Positions 16,529-25,700 of a stretch of 64,000 nucleotides of DNA are shown in pieces. The stretch comes from Bacilli bacterium. GTDB taxonomy: Bacteria > Bacillota_I > Bacilli_A > RFN20 > DUOF01. The notes below the pieces were generated by a model, which had not been told where the DNA came from, did not search any database, and saw only the letters and a program-made list of their open reading frames with translations. How positions within the stretch are numbered: the stretch's first letter is position 1; every line of letters starts with the position of its first letter. Location: positions 2,300-66,299 of the forward strand of contig JBGVCT010000008.1 in assembly GCA_045118975.1 (NCBI GenBank). The letters run 5' to 3'. Position numbers and translations under genes: made by a program.

Positions 16529-17404
16529 CTATTTTTCTCCTTTCTTATCTATAGATGCAACTGCTTTATAAACAGATGTATATAGTGAATCATTTTTATT
16601 AAATCTTATCATCTTCAATGTTGAATTAGATTTTCTCACTTTTATTTCATCAAATGGTGAAACAAAGTATTTAAAACAACCATCAACACTTACTATAACC
16701 TCATTATCCATAACATTAACTTTGTTTGTCATTGATAAACTAACTTCATCTTCCTCGCTAACAACAAGAGGAGTAAAACTTTTAGATTGTGGACATATTG
16801 GAGTAATAACATATGACTTAGATCCATATGAAAGCAATGGTCCACCAGCACTCGCATTATAGGCACTACTACCAACTGGGGTAGCAACAATAACTCCATC
16901 CGCGTAAAATAAATCTTTATCACTTTCATTTACACCAATTAATATTGGAAGAAGTTTAAGTGATAAACCCCTATGAAAAATAATATCGTTGTAGCTAGTA
17001 AAGCTTACAACCTTACCATCTCTATATACTATCTCTCCATCAAGTCCTAATTGATGTACCACTTCATATTCTCCATTAATAATCTTATCTAAGTACCTCT
17101 TATAATTATCCAACTCCAAAATAGTAAGTGCACCGACTCTTCCCATATTTACACCAACATAAGGAAAATGATATTTACCATACTTACTAGCATACTTTAA
17201 TACAGTTCCATCCCCACCCAAAACAAGAGCAAAGTCAATTGTAGAAGCCATGCTATCTTCAAAATTATAAAGTTCTAATAACTCAGCAAATTCACTATCA
17301 TCACAATAAATATTTACACTTTTATTTTTTAAATAACTTGCTATCTCTTTAGATATACTATGATCTTTGTCTTTATTGTTATTTACAACAAATAATACAT
17401 TCAT
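16529..17404 (-). CDS. nadK: NAD kinase
   Basis: GGDGT motif (LVLGGDGTVL), NDIIFHR, and GVIVATPVGSSAYNASAGGP. Start moved to MNVLFVV. Confidence 0.9.
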   Translation of the reverse strand: MNVLFVVNNNKDKDHSISKEIASYLKNKSVNIYCDDSEFAELLELYNFEDSMASTIDFALVLGGDGTVLKYASKYGKYHFPYVGVNMGRVGALTILELDNYKRYLDKIINGEYEVVHQLGLDGEIVYRDGKVVSFTSYNDIIFHRGLSLKLLPILIGVNESDKDLFYADGVIVATPVGSSAYNASAGGPLLSYGSKSYVITPICPQSKSFTPLVVSEEDEVSLSMTNKVNVMDNEVIVSVDGCFKYFVSPFDEIKVRKSNSTLKMIRFNKNDSLYTSVYKAVASIDKKGEK

Positions 17405-17482
17405 CCATATCGCCTCTTTTATAATACACAAACAAAATTATACATTTTTGTAAAAAATGTGTAAATAAACCTATATCAAAAT

Positions 17483-17508
17483 AAAAAAAGATAGGCATTA
17501 ATCCTATC
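17483..17508 (-). terminator. intrinsic terminator after the SDR gene
   Basis: Stem GATAGG/CCTATC (17490-17508), followed on the minus strand by a T-run. Confidence 0.65.
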
Positions 17509-17531
17509 TTAATTCATCTTTTTGACACTTA

Positions 17532-18332
17532 TTAAGGTCTTTGACCAAGTCCACCTTCAAGAGTTAATGTTTCTCCAGTCATATACTTGAAGTCAGGATT
17601 AGCAAGTTGAACACATACTCTACCAATTTCTTTTTCAGCATCACCAAAGTGACCCATTGGAGGCATATGAACATTCTTATCAAATGCTTCTGGATATGCA
17701 TTCTTAAATTGTTCTAATTGGCTAGTCCAAGCAAGAGGACATACAACGTTAACATTGATTCCATCTTTACCCCATTCAGTAGCAGCAACTCTACTTAATC
17801 CTCTAATTCCTTCTTTTGCAGCAGCATAAGCGCATTGTCCATAGTTACCAAATAAACCAGCACCACTAGCAAAGTTAATAACACTACCCTTAGTTTCCTT
17901 TAAATAAGGATAACAAGCTTTCATATAATAGAAAGTTGCATATAATCCACTATACATAGCTAAATTAAATTGCTCAGTTGTATGGTCAGCTAAAGTAACA
18001 CCACTAGCACTAGCTTGAGCATTATTAATTAATACATCAATTCTACCGAATTCTTTAATTGTTTCTTCAACAACTTTATTAACAACAGCCTCATTATCAG
18101 CACCATCATTAACATCAGCAGCAAGAATTAATACTTTAATTCCATATAATCTTTCTAATTCTTCCTTTGCATCCTCTAGTTTTTTTACATTTCTTCCTGT
18201 AATAACTAGATTAGCACCTTCTTTTGCATAAGCAGTAGCAATACCATAACCAATAGATCCACATCCACCATCGCTAAGTACAGCTCTACCAGCTCCTGTA
18301 ATAATTGCAGTTTTTCCTTCTAAAAATCCCAT
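17532..18332 (-). CDS. short-chain dehydrogenase/reductase (SDR) family oxidoreductase
   Basis: TGxxxxxG-type cofactor motif (IITGAGRAV...GIG), NNAQ, and catalytic YAAAK. AAAGGAG RBS. Confidence 0.8.
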   Translation of the reverse strand: MGFLEGKTAIITGAGRAVLSDGGCGSIGYGIATAYAKEGANLVITGRNVKKLEDAKEELERLYGIKVLILAADVNDGADNEAVVNKVVEETIKEFGRIDVLINNAQASASGVTLADHTTEQFNLAMYSGLYATFYYMKACYPYLKETKGSVINFASGAGLFGNYGQCAYAAAKEGIRGLSRVAATEWGKDGINVNVVCPLAWTSQLEQFKNAYPEAFDKNVHMPPMGHFGDAEKEIGRVCVQLANPDFKYMTGETLTLEGGLGQRP

Positions 18333-18393
18333 ATTTTTATCTCCTTTAACTTTTTCTATCTTACCATTTTATCTTTATAGTTCAAACATTTGG

Positions 18394-19542
18394 CTATCTT
18401 TTAAAGAATATTCTTCCAATTAATGGTCTTTTTGACTTTTGAATAGCATTAACTGGACACACTTCTTGGCAACACCAACATCTAATACATGTTTTCTTTT
18501 TAACTGTAGGGACACTTTTATCCTCCATACATATTGCCCCAGGTGGACAAATTTTTTTACATTCTCCACATTTAATACATTTGGTTTTATCAAACACAGG
18601 ATGTTCTAAAACCATATTCTTAATAACCTTGTGGTCATTTAATAGTTTTAAAGATCTAATACTAACTTCTTCGCTCTTTGCCGGTTCAAACTTAACATCG
18701 CTAAATAAAGATAAATCATCCCCTACAACCTCTATCTTATTTAAATCAAACTCTCCTAGTCCTCTACCGCTTGATAAAATAGAAATAAAACTCTTAGTGT
18801 AATCAAGCTTCACTATTTCCATAGCCACTCTATCAAGTGCAATTGCATCTTTAGACCCCAGTAGCACATTAGCTTTTTTCTTACTTCCTCCAGTAGCAGG
18901 GCCTTCTCCTTCAAGTCCTTCAATTCCATCCATTATATTGATAAATACTTTATCTTTAAGTTCCTCTTTTATAGCACTATACAAATCTGACATAGCTTCA
19001 CCAAACTCAAGTGGAGATGAACTTTTCACATGCCATTGAGCCTTTTCCAAACCATATATAGTGCCAAATAAATTCTTTTGTGCTCCTGTAAAATAAGCAA
19101 GTCCATGAGTTTTTAATTTAGGAACATTAATCAAGATATCACTCTCTACAATTTGCCTAGAAACATTGAAATCTTTATATCTTTTATATTCTTTGGCACT
19201 AATAACTTTCAAATCTTTATTATTAGCTAACTCAACTCCAGTTTCATTAATAACTTCCATGGTACCATTAACCCTATAAACCGTTGTCATCTCTTTTGTT
19301 GCAGGATTATCACCAACAATTATTCTAAGATTATACTTTTTCAAGTATTCAATGATTGCTTTAACTACATATGGATGAGTTGTAATTGCTCTCTCCTTTG
19401 GATGAGGAGATAAAGCGTTAGTTTTAATAAAAACACTCATACCTTCTTTTAAGTTTATTCCCTCTAATAATTGATCTAATAAATAATTGATTTGCTCAGT
19501 TATATTGTCATAATTATTTGCATATTTAACATACACTTTCAT
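18394..19542 (-). CDS. DUF362-domain protein with a C-terminal 2x[4Fe-4S] ferredoxin domain
   Basis: C-terminal CIKCGECKKICP ... CIRCWCCQEVCP. The N-terminal ~300 aa resembles the DUF362 family (IKTNALSPHP...THGL). Start moved to MKVYVKY. Confidence 0.6.
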   Translation of the reverse strand: MKVYVKYANNYDNITEQINYLLDQLLEGINLKEGMSVFIKTNALSPHPKERAITTHPYVVKAIIEYLKKYNLRIIVGDNPATKEMTTVYRVNGTMEVINETGVELANNKDLKVISAKEYKRYKDFNVSRQIVESDILINVPKLKTHGLAYFTGAQKNLFGTIYGLEKAQWHVKSSSPLEFGEAMSDLYSAIKEELKDKVFINIMDGIEGLEGEGPATGGSKKKANVLLGSKDAIALDRVAMEIVKLDYTKSFISILSSGRGLGEFDLNKIEVVGDDLSLFSDVKFEPAKSEEVSIRSLKLLNDHKVIKNMVLEHPVFDKTKCIKCGECKKICPPGAICMEDKSVPTVKKKTCIRCWCCQEVCPVNAIQKSKRPLIGRIFFKR

Positions 19543-19574
19543 TTTTATCACCACGTATATCATTATATAAAAAA

Positions 19575-19599
19575 AGAGAATTTTTTTTAGTTATTCTCT
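19575..19599. terminator. hairpin with flanking T/A runs downstream of ZIP paralog 2
   Basis: Stem AGAGAAT/ATTCTCT (19575-19581 / 19593-19599) with an 11-nt loop and T-runs on both strands. Confidence 0.45.
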
Positions 19600-19677
19600 T
19601 CATTTTTTTCTATATTATGTACAACAACTTTGGTTGTATTTTCCATATCATATTCACATTAATATAAAGTCATTATC

Positions 19678-20466
19678 TTATCCTAATGCGACATCCAAAA
19701 TCATCATAATTATAAACCCCATTATCACTCCTAAACTGGCATGATTTTTATTTTCCTTAGTTGCCTCAGGAATAAGTTCTCTAGACACAACACATATCAT
19801 ACACCCAGCTGCAAATGACAGCAAAAAAGGTAATATTGATCGAGCAAAATTCACAAGTACAACACCAAGTAACCCAGCTATTGGTTCTACCATTCCACTA
19901 GCTTGACCATACCCAAAACTTTTAAGGCAAGAATACCCCTCTCTTCTTAAGGGAAGAGAAACTCCTGCACCTTCTGGAAAGTTTTGCACACCTATTCCCA
20001 ATGCTAATAAAGAGGCTGCAATAATGCTTGTCCCTGAAACACCTAAAGATGCAGAAGCAAAAGCAACACCTATTGCTAAACCTTCAGGAATATTGTGAAG
20101 CGTAATTGCTCCAATAAGCAAGATACTTCTTTTCTTACTTTCATTTACATTTTTTACGCCCAATAATTTATCTAGCAATATATCAGAAACAATAACAAAT
20201 GCTCCCCCACATAAAAAGCCAACGGCAGGAGCAAGCCATATTATATTTCCACTTTCCCCACTTAATTCAATAGCTGGATTTAATAAAGACCAAAAAGAAG
20301 CTGCAATCATAACACCCGAAGCAAAACCTAGAAGTAAATTTAATACTTTATAATTGATTTTTTTGAATAAAAACACACTAGAAGCCCCCAGTGCTGTAAC
20401 AAACCATGTAAATAAAGTTGCGATTAATGCTTGTGTTTCTGCTCTAAGTCCCATAAAAAATTCCAT
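19678..20466 (-). CDS. ZIP-family divalent metal (zinc) transporter, paralog 2
   Basis: Same length (262 aa) and motifs as 3570-4352 (HNIPEGLAIG, QNFPEG, ELIPE). Confidence 0.8.
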   Translation of the reverse strand: MEFFMGLRAETQALIATLFTWFVTALGASSVFLFKKINYKVLNLLLGFASGVMIAASFWSLLNPAIELSGESGNIIWLAPAVGFLCGGAFVIVSDILLDKLLGVKNVNESKKRSILLIGAITLHNIPEGLAIGVAFASASLGVSGTSIIAASLLALGIGVQNFPEGAGVSLPLRREGYSCLKSFGYGQASGMVEPIAGLLGVVLVNFARSILPFLLSFAAGCMICVVSRELIPEATKENKNHASLGVIMGFIIMMILDVALG

Positions 20467-20670
20467 TTTTATTCCCCTAATTAAAATATGAAAATTATCT
20501 CATCCAATCTAGGCTATCACATGTTTTTCGATCCAATAATATTAAAAATATTATTTTAAATCTAATAATTCTTTTTTAATATCTAGCAATATAGCACCTC
20601 TTTTGTTATAATCATAAACAGTATTTAAGTAAATTAATATTAATATAATTAATATTGGAGGTAACATATT

Positions 20671-21519
20671 ATGAAAAACAGAGTTATAACAGCAATTATT
20701 TTATTAGCACTAATAATACCGCCTATTTTCATTGGTGGTATTGCATATTTGATAGTGGCAACACTAATACTAGCATTATCAACACATGAACTATTATCAG
20801 TAAATAAATCTCCTTTTTGGGTTCAAATAATCGCCATTGCTATGGTTATTGGCGCAAGTATCTATTCTTATTTAACTGTAGATAATAGATTCCTTGGTAT
20901 CAATGCATTGTTTATTGTTTTACCTTTCTTTACTTTCTTTACTATCGCTATATTCGATAAAAAAAGAACATTGTTAGATGCGGTTTATAATTCTTCAATG
21001 ACTACTCTTGTCTCAATATTTGCACTTGCATTAATGGAGCTTAGACTTACTTTTGATAATGTAAACTTATTCCTATATGTTTTATTAACAAACACTGCCG
21101 TAGATACATGTGCTTTATTTGTTGGTTGTAAATTCGGTAAGCATAAATTAAATCCTAGAATTTCACCTAAAAAATCTATAGAGGGAGCAATAGGTGGAAT
21201 TGTTGGTGGTCTACTAATTGGTACTTTATTTGGAATCCTATTCCCTATTGCAACTAACGCAAATAGTGATTTTATTAATATTGCTTTTGAACCAAATTTC
21301 TCAGCAATTAACATTTTAAACATTGCAGGATTAACTGCCATCTTAACTATTATTGGTCAAATTGGTGATCTTGCATTTAGTATGATTAAAAGACACTTTG
21401 AAGTTAAAGACTTTTCAAATATTCTTCCAGGACATGGAGGATTTGGAGATAGAATTGATAGCACATGTTTCAATGCAATTACAGTTGCCACTGTGCTTTC
21501 TATATTCATGATTTTATAA
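20671..21519 (+). CDS. cdsA: phosphatidate cytidylyltransferase
   Basis: CTP-transferase signature SMIKRHFEVKDFSNILPGHGGFGDRIDS. Multi-TM. GGAGG RBS. Confidence 0.9.
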   Translation: MKNRVITAIILLALIIPPIFIGGIAYLIVATLILALSTHELLSVNKSPFWVQIIAIAMVIGASIYSYLTVDNRFLGINALFIVLPFFTFFTIAIFDKKRTLLDAVYNSSMTTLVSIFALALMELRLTFDNVNLFLYVLLTNTAVDTCALFVGCKFGKHKLNPRISPKKSIEGAIGGIVGGLLIGTLFGILFPIATNANSDFINIAFEPNFSAINILNIAGLTAILTIIGQIGDLAFSMIKRHFEVKDFSNILPGHGGFGDRIDSTCFNAITVATVLSIFMIL

Positions 21520-21528
21520 GGAGGAAAT

Positions 21529-22698
21529 ATGCAGACTATATTTAATATAATATTATTTGTACTAGGTTTATCCCTACTTATTTTTATTCACGAATTTGGT
21601 CATTTTATATTTGCCAAAACATTCAAGGTATATTGTCTTGAATTTTCCATTGGTATGGGGCCATCTATTGTAAGCAAAAAATTCAAAAAAGACGAAGAAA
21701 CAACTTATTCAATCAGAGCACTTCCTATTGGCGGATATGTTTCTATGGCGGGTGAAACTTTGGACAATGCCGAAAATGAAAAAGAATTAGAGATTCCATA
21801 TCAAAGAACTATTAATGGCATTAACCCTTGGAAAAGAGCGCTTATAACGGTTGCAGGTGTTGCATTTAACTTTATATTTGCCTTGATTTTACTAACTGTA
21901 TTTATATTTGTAAATGGTGTAGGTAGTGATGAGAGCACTGTAGTTATTGTTAAAGATTCTATTGCTAAGGAATATGGTCTATCAACTGGCGATAAAATTC
22001 TATATGTTAAGAATATTGTTGTAAAAGCTGATGGTGAAGAGATATATAGTGATTGCACAGAAACTGATGATAAATGTGAAGTTGTCTACTTTAGCACATT
22101 TAAAACTTATCTAGATCACCCTGGATTAATTGAGCAAGTTAAAGATTATCACAAAGAAAATCCTGAGGCAGAAATAATTCAAGAAATAACAATAATTTAT
22201 TCTCACAAAGGAACTGAAGGAGAACGAGCCGCTCCAATGTATAGAACATTCAACAATGAAACTGATTCCTTTGAACTTTTAGGAATCAATCAAACTAGAA
22301 AAATACCAAATGTCTTTGAGGGAATAAAATTAGTTTTTGTCACATTTGGAGAAATTGTTGTTGCCATGTGTAAAGCCTTGGCAAGTTTATTTAGTCCTGA
22401 AGGGTTTAATAATTTAGGTGGAGTTGTATCTATGTACCAAACATCTACTGCTATGGCTAGTGAAGGTGTTTTATCATATATACTATTCTTAGCGTTTATA
22501 TCTATTAACTTAGGATTCTTTAACTTATTACCTATTCCTGCCTTAGATGGATCTAGATTCTATATTTCTATAGCAGAGGGTATTACAGGTAAAAAATTCA
22601 ACCCAAAAATCGAAGGCTATTTAAACCTGGTTGGTATGATATTATTATTTGGTCTTATGATTGTTGTAACAGTCAAAGATATATTTATGTTCTTTTAG
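21529..22698 (+). CDS. rseP: RIP (site-2) zinc metalloprotease RseP/RasP
   Basis: HEFGHF in TM1, an internal PDZ-like region, and the C-terminal NLLPIPALDG motif. AGGAGG RBS. Confidence 0.9.
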   Translation: MQTIFNIILFVLGLSLLIFIHEFGHFIFAKTFKVYCLEFSIGMGPSIVSKKFKKDEETTYSIRALPIGGYVSMAGETLDNAENEKELEIPYQRTINGINPWKRALITVAGVAFNFIFALILLTVFIFVNGVGSDESTVVIVKDSIAKEYGLSTGDKILYVKNIVVKADGEEIYSDCTETDDKCEVVYFSTFKTYLDHPGLIEQVKDYHKENPEAEIIQEITIIYSHKGTEGERAAPMYRTFNNETDSFELLGINQTRKIPNVFEGIKLVFVTFGEIVVAMCKALASLFSPEGFNNLGGVVSMYQTSTAMASEGVLSYILFLAFISINLGFFNLLPIPALDGSRFYISIAEGITGKKFNPKIEGYLNLVGMILLFGLMIVVTVKDIFMFF

Positions 22699-22707
22699 GT
22701 GATGTTT

Positions 22708-25700
22708 ATGGATAGAAGTTTATATGAGTTTTTACAAAAATTAAATATGGAAGAGCATTGGTATGAATTACTTAAAAATGGTTCTTTAAAAGCTACTGAG
22801 TATAATCCTAGTAGCAAAACTTTTACTATACATTTACACTTTAATCAACAAATAAAACCAAGTATATTTTTTGCAATAATGGAGATTAAAAATAAATTAA
22901 AATATAATTCTACATTTAAAGTTACTTATGAAAATCAAAATTTTGATTTGGAATATTTAAAAGGCATATTAAAAGATGTAATCCTTGTTAGATATGAAGG
23001 CTTAGCTATGGCTCAAGCATTATTGAATGTCAATCTTACTATGGATGAAAACAATTTTTATTTTTATTTTGACTCACCAATACAAGTAGAAAAATTCGAA
23101 AAATTCAAGCAAGAAATCGAAAGTATTTATAAGTTTTTGGGAGTAAATAAAACTCTAGTTTATAAAACCAAAGAGCTAGACCTTTCAAAAGCACAAGAAG
23201 AAATAAATCAACTTAAAACATTTGAAGCGCCTACCACAAGCAAACCTAAAACAGAATTTGTAAGAAAAAATGATAACATTTATGAAATTGAAGAATTGGT
23301 TAGTAGTGAAAATTATGTGACTACTAGAGGAAAAATATTCTTAGTGGAGGCCGTTGAAAGAAAGAAACTTATAGTAACCTATTATATAACAAACTACAAG
23401 GATTCAATCTCTGTTAAATGTTTTGAAAGTCAAAGACTAACAAAAGAAGTTTTAATGTCATTTAAAGAAGGTATGTGGGTTGAAGTTGGCGGAAGAGTAG
23501 GATTTGATACTTTTGCAAAAGATGAAGTATTTACTGCCAACACAATAAAGGAAATTGAACCGCTTGAAGAAAAAAGAGTAGATGAGGAAGAAGAAAAAAG
23601 AGTAGAACTACATGTACACACAAAAATGTCTAATATGGATGCTGTATGTGATGCTGGCGACTATATTAAAAAAGCGGCTAGTTGGGGACACTCTGCAATT
23701 GCCATCACAGATCATGGCGTTGTTCAAGCATATCCTGATGCTGTAAAAGGTAGCAAGGGAAAAGATATTAAAGTCATATATGGTATAGAATTTTATATGG
23801 TAGATGAATATGATAACCATATATTTAATCCTAATGATACTAATCTTGAAGACGCTACATATGTAAGTTTCGACCTTGAAACCACAGGACTATCTTCAAG
23901 GGCTGATGAAATAATAGAAATCGGTGCGGTTAAACACAAAAATGGAATGATTATTGATAGATTTCAAACCTTTGTTAATCCACATAAAAAGCTTAGTGCT
24001 TTCACAACCAATTTAACTAGTATTACTAATGAGATGGTTGAAAGTGGGTTGGAGTTAGAGGTAGCTATACCTAAATTTTTAGAGTTTTGTAAAGATTGTG
24101 TATTAGTTGCCCATAACGCAGTATTCGATTATTCATTTATTAAAAATGCCGTTTATAAATTAGGATTACCAGAAATTACTAATCCAATAATTGATACACT
24201 TCCTATTTCTAGGCATATGTATAGCGAATATAGAAGTCACACTCTTGGAAGCATAGCAAGAAGATATAATATTGATTATGATGAAGAAGTAGCTCACCGC
24301 GCTGACTATGATGCTCAAATATTATCTGAAGTTTTTGAAGTTATGTTAAATGACATAGTAAATAAAAAGGGAATTTCAATCCATAAAGATATTGCAACAA
24401 TGCAAGATCCTACTAACTTTGCTAGAAAAAGACCGATTCATGTAATTGCGCTAGCAAAAAATCAAGAAGGTGTAAAAGACTTATATGGTTTAGTTAGTAA
24501 ATCACACATAGAGTTTTATAATGAGGTTCCAGTAATTCCTAGGGGTACACTTGCTGCTAATAGACAAAATTTGCTTCTAGGAAGTTCATGTTTAAATGGC
24601 GAAGTCTTTGATACTGCTATGACTAAAAACTATGAGGATCTTAAAAATGTTGCTAGTTTCTATGATTATTTAGAAGTTCAACCTTTATCTAATTACAAAC
24701 ATTTAGTAGATACTTGCAGCGTAGAAAACATAGATAGAATTAAATTAATCATAAACTATATAATTGAGGCTGGAAAAGAACTTAATATTCCCGTTGTAGC
24801 AACAAGTGATGCTCACTATGTAGACCCTAATCAAAAGTTATTTAGAGATGTCTACATTAGTGCACAAGCTATTGGTGGTAAGCATCATCCTCTATATGAT
24901 TTCAAACATAGAATAAAAGACAATCCAGATCAACATCTTAGAACAACAAAAGAAATGCTAGATGAATTCTCTTTCCTTGCTCCTGAGCTTGCAAAAGAAA
25001 TAGTTGTAACAAATACTAATTTAATTTCTAATATGATTGAGAAAGTTGCTCCTCTTAAAGATGGAACTTACTCCCCTAGAATTGAAAATGATAAGGAAGA
25101 ATTGACTAGAATTTGTTGGGAAACAGCTCATAAGCTTTATGGAGAAGAGTTACCTGAAATAGTTAAGGCAAGAGTAGATAAAGAACTGGCCAGTATTATT
25201 GGTAATGGATTCGCAGTTATGTACTATATTGCTCACAAACTAGTAAAGAAATCAAATGATGATGGTTATATTGTAGGATCAAGAGGTTCTGTTGGTTCTT
25301 CACTAGTTGCCCACTTTACTGGAATAACTGAAGTTAACGCACTTCCTCCTCACTATATTTGTAGAGAGTGTAAATATTTCGAACTTGCTGATCCTAAAGT
25401 ATATAGAAGTGGTTATGACCTACCTGAAAAAGTTTGTCCAAAATGTGGTAAACCATTACATGGAGAAGGACAAGACATCCCGTTTGAAACATTCCTTGGA
25501 TTTAAAGGAGACAAGGTACCAGATATAGACTTAAACTTCTCTGGAGAATATCAACCAACTGCTCATGATTTCACTAAAGTAATGTTTGGTGAATACAACG
25601 TATATAGAGCAGGAACTATCGGTACTGTTGCTCAAAAAACCGCCTATGGTTATGTTAAGGGATATTTTGAAGATAAAGGTACATTAGACAATATAAGAAA

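Noticed and set aside
16729-16929. A 66-aa ORF in another minus-strand frame inside nadK.
   Set aside because: It is fully contained within the NAD kinase coding region, in a different frame, with no RBS and no recognisable motif.
20631-20656. An additional AT-only palindromic stretch (aattaatattaatataattaatatt) upstream of cdsA, as a regulatory site.
   Set aside because: It is composed only of A and T and overlaps a likely -10/UP-element region. It cannot be distinguished from background in this genome without comparative data.
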